DNA of 64,000 nt from an uncultured archaeon (GCA_964342815.1 CAYFHS010000015.1:247-64246), one strand, 5' to 3'. Counted from the stretch's first letter, positions 17,731-28,429 are shown. A program made the numbers and translations. Notes: generated from the letters alone by a model not told the origin.

Positions 17731-20160
17731 ATGGTGAGTGAATTGATTGAAATGACGATATCTAAACATAGAAAAGTGATCATAAGCATTTTCGTTGCAA
17801 TCCTGATAGTCGGGGGAACATTTTTCCTGTTGTTTCGAAATACTTCGCCAGAGCTAGAAACTATTTCAATAAAGAATGTGTTGGGTTTGACTTCCAGGAG
17901 GAGAGCCACCGAAGAAGTTATAATTATAAGTGACGAAAATCCTTTCCACAGCATTATCTCATCACCTGCAGCTTGCTGGTACGATATAACTCCTGGTTCA
18001 ACGGAACCATATGGACTGAGACCGCTCTTGATAGGTGTGGACAGTAAAATAGATAATTCACAGGAAAGATTTCTTTCATATTATGGATCGGATTCATTAT
18101 TGCTGTTGGGGGATGTTGACGAGGAAGGTACCAAGTTCACAGGCAGCGCCTCGAAAATCTCTCTGGAGATTTTGAAGCACGAATATGAAAGTACTGCCGG
18201 AGTTCTAATAGTCCCCGAAACCGAGATAGGATACGAACTGGGGATCGCAGCCGCACCTCTGGCCAGTTATCTTAACATCCCAATTATTGTAGTGGATGAT
18301 TCAACAAAATACGATTCTCTTAATAAAGAACTGGAAAAGGTCGATGTGGAATACTGTATCACGGTGGGACCTAACGCAAAATCCATTGCCGAAAAAACAG
18401 GCTTCAAAGCGATATTGCTGGAAGACAGCTACGCCATTGCTGAAAACGTTCTCACCGTCATCAAAGATAGATTCGGCAAGATCGACTATATCACAATGAC
18501 GAACCCTTCGGACGTTATACCGCCGTATGTGGTAGATTCGAACACCGAAACCTTCGAAGCAGATGTGGAAAACGTGAAGATAACCACTGGCAGAACGGAA
18601 ACGGACATAATCGGTGAATCCACTGAAACATACGATATAGAGGTACCTTCAGGCATTAATCTTATTCGGATATATGTGAACTTCACCAGTGTCAGCTCCA
18701 CTATACTAGATCCCCTTAAGGAAGAGATCGATATCGAACCACTTATTTTCGCCTCACTGTACGATGATTCGGGTAAAATTGCTGCATATGGTCCCAGTTT
18801 CAGCCTTGATGTGGGTAAAACATATCTTGAAACGTTGACTGTTGAAGCTCCAGGCACATATCAACTGAAAGTGAGTGTTTACTATGGGACGGCGGGATTC
18901 GATACTTATGCCGGGACGCAGGTGGGTCTGTCAAAAATCGAGGGAAAATACCAGGTCACAGTAGAAACAAATACTCTTTCAAAACCACACAACCCCATAT
19001 TTGAAAAAACATCAATGATCACACCATATCTTACTGCCGCGCATGGCGGGATTTTGCTGGCCGACTCGGAATTCGAATTGACCGATGAGACCTACGCCGA
19101 TAAGGCTCAAGGACATTCGACGGGGCCATGGTATGATGTTGAATTGAACGAAGTTGCCAACGAAAAAGTGGATAAAAATGTCCGCAAACTAAATAATTTA
19201 ATGGAATTACTGCAAAGCTTCGACCTTTACGAAGGTTATATGAACGGCTCCTCCTGGCTTGCAATTGTGGGTGGTGCGAATATGATCCCCATGTATTATG
19301 AGCCTAAAGAAGCCGCATGGGTCGAGGACCCTGTATACGGTGTCGGATGGGCCACGGACGTGAAATACAGCCTTAACGTAACACTATCGACGGCAAGACC
19401 CTTGGGAAGGAACATCGGTGATATATCAACATTGATCGGGAGGACACTTTTTTATGAGGAATACGCCAAGGGCCACTCAAAAAAGATCCAGGCCGAATAT
19501 GGAAATTCTGAAACATGGCTCGATCATTTCCATTTCCTTGCCGGAGAAGGCGGGGGACGTACCGGATGGTTCTTCTGGCAGAGGACCTTTGCACCCGAAG
19601 TCGAGCAGCACGGATTCAGATCAGAAGTATATGTTCAGAATTACGAGAACGACAGGCAGACCATGGAAATGGGCGGGGCCTACGAGCGGGCGAATTATTT
19701 CGATCTGATGCTGCACGGCAACTGGTACTGGTACGTTCCAGAACTGAACGGATTCGATCGCTACAGTACAGGGGTAAAGGTCAGCGATCTGATGACGAAT
19801 GATGAGGAATGGGAACTGGGTCCTTCAGTCTTGAATTCAGGAGTTTGCATTATGGGTAGGATAGACGGTGTTGCACCAACCCAGTCAATAACAACCGTTT
19901 TCATACACTCGGGAATAAATGCCTTTTACAGTTCAACCAGATCCACGGGTTCGGAAGCGAAAGCCGGAACCATCGAAACGAGTCTGCTGTATGACGATAT
20001 CAGCGTTGGAGAAGCGCTAAGATTGGATAAGAACACGAATGTTGAACCTGCGGCATTCTTCGTTCGGAATCTATACGCCGATCCGGCTTTCAATCCATAC
20101 GAGCCGGAGAATGGATTTTCTGACCAGGGGCGCCCTATATTACAGACAAATGGTGATTAG
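17731..20160 (+). CDS. Membrane-anchored putative cysteine peptidase (gingipain C25 / clostripain-like caspase fold)
   Basis: N-terminal TM segment VIISIFVAILIVGGTFFLLF. A candidate His-Cys dyad is spaced as in C25-type enzymes: DLMLHGNWYW ... GPSVLNSGVCIMGRIDG. Pattern-level call only. Confidence 0.45.
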   Translation: MVSELIEMTISKHRKVIISIFVAILIVGGTFFLLFRNTSPELETISIKNVLGLTSRRRATEEVIIISDENPFHSIISSPAACWYDITPGSTEPYGLRPLLIGVDSKIDNSQERFLSYYGSDSLLLLGDVDEEGTKFTGSASKISLEILKHEYESTAGVLIVPETEIGYELGIAAAPLASYLNIPIIVVDDSTKYDSLNKELEKVDVEYCITVGPNAKSIAEKTGFKAILLEDSYAIAENVLTVIKDRFGKIDYITMTNPSDVIPPYVVDSNTETFEADVENVKITTGRTETDIIGESTETYDIEVPSGINLIRIYVNFTSVSSTILDPLKEEIDIEPLIFASLYDDSGKIAAYGPSFSLDVGKTYLETLTVEAPGTYQLKVSVYYGTAGFDTYAGTQVGLSKIEGKYQVTVETNTLSKPHNPIFEKTSMITPYLTAAHGGILLADSEFELTDETYADKAQGHSTGPWYDVELNEVANEKVDKNVRKLNNLMELLQSFDLYEGYMNGSSWLAIVGGANMIPMYYEPKEAAWVEDPVYGVGWATDVKYSLNVTLSTARPLGRNIGDISTLIGRTLFYEEYAKGHSKKIQAEYGNSETWLDHFHFLAGEGGGRTGWFFWQRTFAPEVEQHGFRSEVYVQNYENDRQTMEMGGAYERANYFDLMLHGNWYWYVPELNGFDRYSTGVKVSDLMTNDEEWELGPSVLNSGVCIMGRIDGVAPTQSITTVFIHSGINAFYSSTRSTGSEAKAGTIETSLLYDDISVGEALRLDKNTNVEPAAFFVRNLYADPAFNPYEPENGFSDQGRPILQTNGD

Positions 20161-20202
20161 AGGAGGTTTTGCAGGAATCGCTGCCCGGTCTACTAAAAAC
20201 CA

Positions 20203-23200
20203 ATGGGTGAGAAGATGAAAAGAATCAGAAAGTACGGTATTATCAGTTTATTAGTCATAATATTGCTTTTAGGAAATCATATCATGGGTATCGGAAAGAA
20301 CCTCGACATCAATGTAGTGGGTTCATCCGATTCAAATCATAACTCGAACTCGAGGGGGCCGGGAGCTGGAAATGCCAATTGGACATTGATTTCGGATTTC
20401 ACAATGGGTATGTATACGGGAATTGATGTAGGATTGGACAGCAAGCCTGAATTCGGAGATCTGGATAACGATGTCGACATGGACCTTATCGTTGGTCAAA
20501 GTGACGGGACATTGAATTATTTTCAAAACACCGGGAGTGCAAATCAGGCGGCATGGGCAGCTTCCGTTAAGCTGCAATCCGGCGGAAACAATATTAACCT
20601 TGGAGGTCCATGCGTCCCTGAATTGGTTGATCTGGACGATGATGGCGACCTCGATTTGGTAATTGGGGAGGGTTGGGGTGAGATGTCATTCTATAACAAC
20701 ACCGGCAACGTTAACAACCCAATATGGACCTATTGGGGAAAATTGAACCAGTCAAAAGTGGCTATCGATAAAGGTGGTTTTTGTGCCCCCTCTCTTGCGG
20801 ACCTGGATGGTGACGGGGATTTCGATTTAACAATAGGGGATTGGTTGGGCAGTTTGTTCTATTTTGAGAATACCGGTTCAGCGACCTATCCCACTTGGAA
20901 AGAAAATAATACTATGTACAACAATATCAATTTATTACCTAATAGTGTTTATGTCGTACCGGAGTTGGGTGACCTGGATGATGACGGTGATTTTGATCTC
21001 CTCGTCGGAGAAGATCATGGCTTGATGTTCTATTTCGAAAACATCGGGGACCCTTCCGAACCAAATTGGAGTAAAGAGGCAGAGATGTTTACGGATGTAA
21101 ATGTAACCACCTGGGCTGCACCGGCCCTTGCCGATCTCGACAATGACGGTGATCTGGACCTGACACTGGGAGAGAAAAACGGCACATTGGCTCTATACGA
21201 TAATGATATGATTTTTATTGATAGAATCCGTTTATTTTTCAGAATGGAGAACGGAGACGGTCCAAAGAAGAAAACCTGTTACGCAAAATACAAACCATAC
21301 AGCTTCAAGGTCACTGCCAGGAGTAGTTTCGGTCTGGGAGATATTAAGAGCGTAAAAATGATCCTGGACAATGAAGGTGAGCGCTTGGAGTACTTATGGA
21401 CCAACGCGTCCCAGAATTTCACCGAGGTCCGCGACCCAAACGATTATGCAGAGATCGTTAGTACCTCTATGAACGGAACCAACGATTCGGTCAGAATGTG
21501 GACCTTCAGATTCAAGATAATTTTCAATTGGACCTACCCTGATGAAAACAATCACACGGTTCGAATATTTTGTGACGGATACAGTCCGCTGAGTGCATGG
21601 TATAATCGGTCCAATGCATACCGGGTAGAGAACGACCTCGTATTAAGGGGTGATCTGGCTGTTGAGGGCGAAAAACAGGGGAACCTTTCATCGGGAGATC
21701 GGGTCAGAAAAGGCGAGAACATCACGTGGAGCGGAGTAAAGGTGGTATATGAAAACACCACAAACATTTATCCTCTTGATTCGGAGTTCAATGTCACCAT
21801 AAGCGACGATGATGGGGATAAATGGATCAATTCCTCAAGCTCTGGAAAGAACATTTCAATTCGTACCACTGCCGACCTGGATTCTGATAACACTGATACC
21901 CACAGGATCAATATTACGGACGTTCCCCCTGCGTGTGTAAATAATAGTATGAAATTTACATTGAAAGTAGATTGCGACAATGTAACGTTTTCCGATCCTT
22001 CACCGGATGAGGATGCTTGGCAGACCTCTCTCGATCCGGAGTGCAGTATCAGAGTAATGGATGTGGGAGGTTCGGAGGTTAACGCTTCTTCCATCGATTA
22101 CAGTTTTTCAACAGACGAAGGAAACACCTGGTCCGATTGGACGAACGCCGGGGAAACCGTAGATAATTCGAGCATTGAGAGTTCGGGAACACCAACGTTT
22201 TTGGAGGGGAGGGGGAATCTGATCAAATGGCGTGCAATGGATACAGTGGGGAACGAATATAATCAATCGGGTAATAATAAAATCATAATAGACATAAGCA
22301 ACGTTACATTCGAGGATCCCTCACCAAATGCCACAGTTGTATTAAATGAAACAAATATTGAGGTTGGAATCACGGTACTGGACGAACTTAGCGGGGTGGA
22401 CGCCGCCAGTATTGAATATATGATATCCACCGACAACAGGAGCACCTGGAGTGCCTGGATAGCCGCACCCGGAACGAACGACAGTACAATAATAAATGTT
22501 ACCGTCTCCCGTATATTCGTTAACGGCACCGGCAATTACATAAAGTGGCGAGCCTCGGACGTGGCGGGAAACGGTCCATGGGAATCAGACGAATATCAGA
22601 TAAAAATAGATACCAGTATTCCGGAAATCCCGAATACAGCCCCTGAAGTCTCACTGGTGTCACCGGGTGATAACGACATCATCGCATCGGAAAAACCAGT
22701 TTTAAGCTGGAATTGTACCGATCCCGATGTCGACGTAATATACTATAATGTATATCTTGGAACCAATGAATCAAAAGTGTTGGGAAAAGCCCCCAGTGTG
22801 TTGGTATCTAATTCACAGCAGAATACGAACTTTTTTCCCGCTGCTCCGTTATCGGACGATACTACCTATTATTGGACGGTTATACCCAATGATGGTACCG
22901 TTGACGGGCTCTGTATTTCCGGAGTTTGGACTTTCAGAATTGTCCTCCCGGAGGTAATACCCGCCATTACGCTGCAAAAACCCTTGGATCATGATGTAAT
23001 CAATGAAGAAAACGTGAAACTGGAATGGAATGTCACTTATAACGGTACCGATGTTATTACCTATGACGTTTATCTCGATAAGGTGGTAAATCCGTCAATC
23101 CTTATTTCCGAAAACCTATCATCGAACAGCCTTTCAGTTGAAGATCTGGACGACGACACTACCTATTACTGGAAAGTGGCGGTGAATGTGGGAGATGAAA

Positions 23201-24504
23201 AAACAGCAGTAGTATCTGAAATTCACAGTTTTAAAATAGATCTCAGCTTCGTGCCGATTTACGGGGTCAACCTCACCCTCGAAAAGAATGAAATATCCAT
23301 GGAACAGGGTGAAACTGTCAACCTCAGTATAACCGTTGCCAACCTGGGAAATACCATTGATGAATTTATTTTGTCGCTGGTACCGGGTCCCCTTGGTGAG
23401 GACGTTATCCTGGAGAATGAGGGTGATCTAATACTGATAGGGGCAAATAAATCCTTCCTGGGTAAAATAACTTTGAGGGTGGGAACTCATCAGGCTGCCG
23501 GTGATTATACAGTAAAGATATCCGTAAAATCCAGTGGAGATATATCCGGGAATACGATGGTTGAAAGAACATTGGTGGTAAAAGTAATAAATACAAGCGG
23601 GGATGACGACACAGATGACGATGTCGATGATGATACTGACGACGATATCGAGGATGATACGGACGATGACACCGAGATTGACGACACTGATGGAAGGGAC
23701 ACGACCGGTGAAAAGAGCTTTCTGGAGGGATCGTTCTTCATAATATTGATGGTGGGATTATTCATTCTGATCGTGGTGATCGTACTGATGATAATAATGC
23801 GAAGAAAAAAGAAAGATATATCGGATGATGAAACTACCGAACTGCAAAAAACCGAAACTCCCCATGAAGAATTGCCCGTGATGGTCGTTAAAGAGCCAAT
23901 TACTGAAGACACCCATAGAGAGCTCGGGGGAATAGAGGAGGAAACGAATCAAATCCCCGGCGGTGTCGTCGCGGAATATCCGATCGACGAATCAACCGCC
24001 CCTGAGTGCACAAAATGCGGGCGCAGGTCCGATTATTACGAGGAATATGACTGTTACTGGTGCGAAAACTGCCAGGAATATGTGGATGAAAACGTAACCA
24101 CCGGGGATGAAATTGAATTTGAAGATACCTTGGTAAAAGAGGAGAACATCACTACCGAAGAGGAGCCAAGCACCGATAAAGTAATAGATGAAAGCGAGTT
24201 ATTGGACACTGACGCCGATAAATCCGAACCGGGGGGAAATAGTGCTGGAAATGAAATGAATGATGAAAAAAAGAATATGGAAGCCGATGTCGATGCATCC
24301 GAAACCGAAACTAAGGAAAAAAGTTCTGAAAATGAAGTCAATGATGAAACGGAAATAATAGAAATCGATAACGAGGCATCAGCAGCCGAGATGAATGAAA
24401 AAAGTTCCGAAAATGAAATGGATGATATAACAGAAGTTAATGAAGCCGAAGATGGTACGGATGAAGCTTGCATTACCGGTGAGAGTGCATCGGAAGAAGA
24501 ATAA
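20203..24504 (+). CDS. Type-I membrane surface protein: FG-GAP/VCBS beta-propeller, Ig/FN3-like domains, TM segment, cytoplasmic zinc ribbon and acidic tail
   Basis: Signal-like N-terminus. At least 5 FG-GAP/VCBS repeats (DLDNDVDMDLIVGQSDGTLNYFQNTG, DLDDDGDLDLVIGEGWGEMSFYNNTG, DLDGDGDFDLTIGDWLGSLFYFENTG, and others). Repeated beta-sandwich modules follow. An Asp-rich stretch precedes the TM segment FFIILMVGLFILIVVIVLMIIM and RRKKKD. The tail has CTKCGRRSDYYEEYDCYWCENCQEY and Glu/Asn-rich repeats. Confidence 0.75.
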   Translation: MGEKMKRIRKYGIISLLVIILLLGNHIMGIGKNLDINVVGSSDSNHNSNSRGPGAGNANWTLISDFTMGMYTGIDVGLDSKPEFGDLDNDVDMDLIVGQSDGTLNYFQNTGSANQAAWAASVKLQSGGNNINLGGPCVPELVDLDDDGDLDLVIGEGWGEMSFYNNTGNVNNPIWTYWGKLNQSKVAIDKGGFCAPSLADLDGDGDFDLTIGDWLGSLFYFENTGSATYPTWKENNTMYNNINLLPNSVYVVPELGDLDDDGDFDLLVGEDHGLMFYFENIGDPSEPNWSKEAEMFTDVNVTTWAAPALADLDNDGDLDLTLGEKNGTLALYDNDMIFIDRIRLFFRMENGDGPKKKTCYAKYKPYSFKVTARSSFGLGDIKSVKMILDNEGERLEYLWTNASQNFTEVRDPNDYAEIVSTSMNGTNDSVRMWTFRFKIIFNWTYPDENNHTVRIFCDGYSPLSAWYNRSNAYRVENDLVLRGDLAVEGEKQGNLSSGDRVRKGENITWSGVKVVYENTTNIYPLDSEFNVTISDDDGDKWINSSSSGKNISIRTTADLDSDNTDTHRINITDVPPACVNNSMKFTLKVDCDNVTFSDPSPDEDAWQTSLDPECSIRVMDVGGSEVNASSIDYSFSTDEGNTWSDWTNAGETVDNSSIESSGTPTFLEGRGNLIKWRAMDTVGNEYNQSGNNKIIIDISNVTFEDPSPNATVVLNETNIEVGITVLDELSGVDAASIEYMISTDNRSTWSAWIAAPGTNDSTIINVTVSRIFVNGTGNYIKWRASDVAGNGPWESDEYQIKIDTSIPEIPNTAPEVSLVSPGDNDIIASEKPVLSWNCTDPDVDVIYYNVYLGTNESKVLGKAPSVLVSNSQQNTNFFPAAPLSDDTTYYWTVIPNDGTVDGLCISGVWTFRIVLPEVIPAITLQKPLDHDVINEENVKLEWNVTYNGTDVITYDVYLDKVVNPSILISENLSSNSLSVEDLDDDTTYYWKVAVNVGDEKTAVVSEIHSFKIDLSFVPIYGVNLTLEKNEISMEQGETVNLSITVANLGNTIDEFILSLVPGPLGEDVILENEGDLILIGANKSFLGKITLRVGTHQAAGDYTVKISVKSSGDISGNTMVERTLVVKVINTSGDDDTDDDVDDDTDDDIEDDTDDDTEIDDTDGRDTTGEKSFLEGSFFIILMVGLFILIVVIVLMIIMRRKKKDISDDETTELQKTETPHEELPVMVVKEPITEDTHRELGGIEEETNQIPGGVVAEYPIDESTAPECTKCGRRSDYYEEYDCYWCENCQEYVDENVTTGDEIEFEDTLVKEENITTEEEPSTDKVIDESELLDTDADKSEPGGNSAGNEMNDEKKNMEADVDASETETKEKSSENEVNDETEIIEIDNEASAAEMNEKSSENEMDDITEVNEAEDGTDEACITGESASEEE
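23602..23692 (+). repeat. Imperfect GAY-rich tandem codon repeat encoding an Asp/Thr acidic stalk
   Basis: gatgacgacacagatgacgatgtcgatgatgatactgacgacgatatcgaggatgatacggacgatgacacc... encodes DDDTDDDVDDDTDDDIEDDTDDDTEIDDTD, immediately before the TM segment. Confidence 0.6.
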
Positions 24505-24534
24505 ATGTTCCCAAATATATTTAATTAGCAATGG

Positions 24535-26214
24535 ATGGAATTATCTATGAGTGAAAAAAATGATAATACTGGAAATAGATTAATTTGCATGACAATAGCT
24601 TTTCTCTTTATCTTTATGAGCACCGCAGGAGTCTTTTCCTCCGGTGAAAACGGGGGATCAATAGAGCTGGCCACCGGATCGAACGATCCCGTAGAAAAGA
24701 TAAATTTCACATATTATCATACATTCGAAGAGACAACCGAATATCTTGAGAACGTCGCTTCGAGCCGGCCCGACATAGCGGTTCTATATTCACTGGGAAA
24801 GACTTACGAGGGGAGAGACGTGTGGGCATTGAAGATATCCGACAATCCTTCCCAGTACGAGGCGGACGAAGCAGAGATTCTTTATATCGGGATGCATCAT
24901 GCCAGAGAGTGGATAACTAAGGAGATACCGTTGTATTTTATTCAATATATCCTTGAGAATTACGGGACCGATCCACAGACCACATATGTTGTGAACCACC
25001 GCCAGTTATGGATAATCCCAATATTGAACCCGGACGGTTTTGTTTTTGACGGGAACGGGGATTACTCGAATCGTGGAAATTGGCGCAAGAATCGCGAGCC
25101 GAACTGGGATGGATCCTACGGTACCGATCTTAACCGGAATTACGGCTGGCACTGGGGCGAGGTGGGTTATCAGGGATATGTTAATCCACGTAAAGAGGAC
25201 TACATAGGCCCGTATGATACTAAGGATGATGACGGTGATTTCCGCTTGAACGAAGATCCTATGGATGGTGTAGACAACGATGGAGACGGTAAGATCGATG
25301 AGGATACGCGGGGTGGTTTCTCCACTGCCGAAACCCGCATCATACGTGATCTCGCCGCGGACCATGTTTTTAAAATATCAATGGCATATCACAGCTATGC
25401 AGAAACGATATACTGGGGATACATGTACACGAGACAGCTTCCTCCCGACGAACAGCTTTACAAGCATATTGCGCGGGGAATTAACCGATACAACGGTTAC
25501 GAGTACCGAAATTACACCGAGGAGGACCGGAACAGGAAAGGACCTCTCGTGGACGGCGACCTGAACGATTATCTCTACGGAAAGCATGACATACTTTCAT
25601 TCTGTATAGAAGTGGGAAGTGACGCTACCGGAGGGTTCTATCCACCGGAAGATATGATTATTCCGATGTGCGAGCTGAACCTCTTGCAGAACCTCTATGT
25701 TGCCGAGATAGCGGACAATCCCTGGGAAAAACATTTCAGCATAGAACATACCCCTGTGAAGAATATAACAAACAACAACGAACCCATAGAGATTCATGCG
25801 ACAGTAAAAAGTTCCCAGGGGCTCGAATTGAGCGTGGGAAGCCCGAAATTGTATTATTCTATCGACACTGGAGAATATAACGAGATAGATATGGAACCCT
25901 GCGGTATGCCGAATGGATACAAGGCCAATATACCAATCCAAGGTTCAGGAACACGTATCTCGTACTATATTGTTTGTGAGGATTCAAGGGGTCATATCAC
26001 TCAACTGCCGAAATATGCACCATTTCAGTCCTTCGATTTCACCATCAGCGGGAGCGTGGATACCATGGATACTGTGTTGATTTTAATCTACATACTAGGT
26101 ATACTGGTGTTCCTGATATTATTCCTGTTTTCATCCAGATACCTCATTCGTAATTTGAGAAGGACTGGAAAAAAGAAATCCTCATCGAATGAGAATGAAA
26201 GAGAAAAAGATTGA
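24535..26214 (+). CDS. M14-family zinc carboxypeptidase, membrane-anchored at the C-terminus
   Basis: GMHHAREWITKE is the HxxE zinc motif. NPDGF and TDLNRNY are also present. An Asp-rich Ca-binding-like insert reads DDDGDFRLNEDPMDGVDNDGDGKIDED. C-terminal TM segment VLILIYILGILVFLILFLF plus a basic tail. Confidence 0.85.
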   Translation: MELSMSEKNDNTGNRLICMTIAFLFIFMSTAGVFSSGENGGSIELATGSNDPVEKINFTYYHTFEETTEYLENVASSRPDIAVLYSLGKTYEGRDVWALKISDNPSQYEADEAEILYIGMHHAREWITKEIPLYFIQYILENYGTDPQTTYVVNHRQLWIIPILNPDGFVFDGNGDYSNRGNWRKNREPNWDGSYGTDLNRNYGWHWGEVGYQGYVNPRKEDYIGPYDTKDDDGDFRLNEDPMDGVDNDGDGKIDEDTRGGFSTAETRIIRDLAADHVFKISMAYHSYAETIYWGYMYTRQLPPDEQLYKHIARGINRYNGYEYRNYTEEDRNRKGPLVDGDLNDYLYGKHDILSFCIEVGSDATGGFYPPEDMIIPMCELNLLQNLYVAEIADNPWEKHFSIEHTPVKNITNNNEPIEIHATVKSSQGLELSVGSPKLYYSIDTGEYNEIDMEPCGMPNGYKANIPIQGSGTRISYYIVCEDSRGHITQLPKYAPFQSFDFTISGSVDTMDTVLILIYILGILVFLILFLFSSRYLIRNLRRTGKKKSSSNENEREKD

Positions 26215-26291
26215 TTAGAATATATCTATATTGCATCTGTCTTTAACTGAATTGAGTGTTTTAGGAATTAATTGGCGAGGACCGTGAAAAA

Positions 26292-26834
26292 ATGAACCGA
26301 GCTCGGCTAATGATAATCGGTATATTCATTACCGTTATCCTTCTAGTATCCACGGCAGTGGGGTACAATGTGATCATCAGTGATGAAAGCGATAACCAGG
26401 AAAAATCCGGAGAGGATGATGGAAATAGCACAGCATGTGAACATATGGGCGCAGAAGGGGTCTCCATTAAATGCAATGAGGGGAACTCCGGTACTATACA
26501 AATACCATTCATAGGCTTACAATTTCTGGAAACGGACGAGAAGCATCACTGGGATATGGAAGACGGTATTAAAAAAGTGGTGGCAAGGTTGGAATGGACC
26601 GATACTTCCTGGCAATTTGAATTTTCAATAGGTACCGGTGAATGCCCGGACAGCGGCCAGGCAAAGGAGTCCGGTTCGGGGAACAACGGCACCATAATTC
26701 TAAACTACGGTGATGAGGAAGGATTGGCAGAAGGACAATGGTTTGCGCATATACGAAGCCTGGACAAGGAAAGCCATCGGGGAGAGGAATGTAAATATTC
26801 TTTAACTATCACCGTTTTCGAGTGTGCCATGTAA
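26292..26834 (+). CDS. Hypothetical exported/anchored protein
   Basis: N-terminal TM segment LMIIGIFITVILLVSTAV, then an acidic linker and a beta-rich domain. No recognisable family. Confidence 0.4.
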   Translation: MNRARLMIIGIFITVILLVSTAVGYNVIISDESDNQEKSGEDDGNSTACEHMGAEGVSIKCNEGNSGTIQIPFIGLQFLETDEKHHWDMEDGIKKVVARLEWTDTSWQFEFSIGTGECPDSGQAKESGSGNNGTIILNYGDEEGLAEGQWFAHIRSLDKESHRGEECKYSLTITVFECAM

Positions 26835-26859
26835 ACCTTGAAATAATGGATGCCTTGAA

Positions 26860-27450
26860 ATGTCACTAAACCTGATCCCGTTCATTATATGGACCGTTGT
26901 CCTTTCGATATTCATGCTTGGATTTCTTTTCCAGAAGAAAGGGACCGATTGGAGGTCTCTGGGCGTGGTGGAAGGATTTCTGGTTGCTTTATTTCTCGAA
27001 ATGTTCGGCATTCCCCTTTCAATATACATACTGTCCAGCATATTCGGTATGTCCGATTTCTCGGGAACTGGAAACCTTAGAGTAGATTACCTTGGAAAAG
27101 GCCCCGTCCAGCTGTTCTTTATGATACCTTTGTTCTTTTTCGCCGTAGTGGGACTTCTGCTGATCTGCTTGGGCTGGTACAAGATCTACCATGCAAGGGA
27201 CTCGTTGGTAACTGACGGGATTTACGCTTATACGAGGCACCCGCAGTATCTTGGCCTTATGATGGTTACCCTATCCCTGCTGTTCTGGTGGCCAACTATA
27301 ATTACAATAATAATGTGGCCGGTCCTCTCGGTAATGTATTATATTTTAGGGAAAAGAGAGGAAAAGGTAATGATAAAGGAATTTGGAAAGGAATATTTGG
27401 AGTACAGAAATCGAGTAAATGCGCTTCTTCCGATTCCAAAGAGGAATTAG
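26860..27450 (+). CDS. Isoprenylcysteine carboxyl / phospholipid methyltransferase-family membrane protein
   Basis: Multi-pass membrane protein with LVTDGIYAYTRHPQYLGLMM...EEKVMIKEFGKEYLEYRNRV, the ICMT/PEMT C-terminal signature. Confidence 0.65.
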   Translation: MSLNLIPFIIWTVVLSIFMLGFLFQKKGTDWRSLGVVEGFLVALFLEMFGIPLSIYILSSIFGMSDFSGTGNLRVDYLGKGPVQLFFMIPLFFFAVVGLLLICLGWYKIYHARDSLVTDGIYAYTRHPQYLGLMMVTLSLLFWWPTIITIIMWPVLSVMYYILGKREEKVMIKEFGKEYLEYRNRVNALLPIPKRN

Positions 27451-27494
27451 GAAATCAGAGAAGGTGGAAGCTTGTACGCTAGGTTTTTCATTAA

Positions 27495-27959
27495 TCAAGT
27501 ATAGGTTGTCGGTATTTCATTTACTTTTAACTGTTTGAGTAATGCGATCCCACATTTATTTGATGGAGTCAGATAGATTTTACCTTCTTTGGTTTCTAAT
27601 GTAATAAGGGGTATCTTTTTAAAACGCTGTAAAAAACGATTTTTTATCAAATATATCGATGCATTTTCGACATCAGAATAATATATTGTTGTTTTCTTCC
27701 TAGTAATTATTGGCATCTTTTCGATTAATTCGATTCTGTCGGTATAAATTGTAATGCTTTGTTTTGGAAAACTATCTAATAAAAATAAGGTTGACATGAT
27801 CAATAACAGAATCCCTAATAATATTTTGTTGGACTCTATAAATAATAACCATGAAAAACCAATCATATAAAATAACGATATTAACGCGCGTATCCATGCC
27901 ATATCTTTAAAAAATCCTGGTTTGTATAACTCCTTTTCGGTATTCCCTACTTTTTCCAT
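27495..27959 (-). CDS. Hypothetical two-TM membrane protein (possible bacterial-PH-like C-terminal domain)
   Basis: Two hydrophobic helices (WIRALISLFYMIGFSWLLFI and ILLGILLLIMSTLFLL) followed by a beta-rich soluble domain. No family recognised. Confidence 0.4.
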   Translation of the reverse strand: MEKVGNTEKELYKPGFFKDMAWIRALISLFYMIGFSWLLFIESNKILLGILLLIMSTLFLLDSFPKQSITIYTDRIELIEKMPIITRKKTTIYYSDVENASIYLIKNRFLQRFKKIPLITLETKEGKIYLTPSNKCGIALLKQLKVNEIPTTYT

Positions 27960-28421
27960 ATACCTGTGTCCTCCAAATAATTATAACACCATGATATCAG
28001 GGCTATGGTTGATTAAAATAAATATATATTTTTACTTCAATTTGTTCGAGAAAAATATTATTTTTTTCTACCTGAATGATCGAATAATACTCGAACTGTA
28101 TTCACTCATGACCGGTTTTATTCACCTATCCCCAACTAATGACAAATGTCCCCCGTCTCTACCGAAAATTGTCCGACAACTAATTGATAAAAGTCTAGTG
28201 AAAGCATACCGAAGTCTAAGGCTAATACCGGCATTTGTTCGGGATAATTACCAATTAATGTCTACTTTTTCTTTCGACAAATGTTAGCTAAGCATGTTGA
28301 CAAATGTTTAATCGCATCAATTATCAAACCCCCCAAATCCGATTTTACTTTCACAAGCAATAATCTAAAGCCAGTACCGAAATAATCTTACTTTCACTCA
28401 CCCCCGTCTCTCCCATTTTCC

Positions 28422-28429
28422 TTTATATA
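28422..28429 (+). promoter_or_regulatory. Candidate TATA box upstream of the 28505 gene
   Basis: TTTATATA. An inverted copy of the repeated GACAAATGT motif lies 8 nt downstream, over the expected transcription start. Confidence 0.35.

Noticed and set aside
27922-28287. Track ORF 27922..28287 (+, 121 aa)
   Set aside because: It lies in a very AT-rich spacer, its translation is low-complexity (Ile/Phe/Tyr/Asn-rich), it has no RBS or TATA context, and it overlaps the start of the minus-strand gene.
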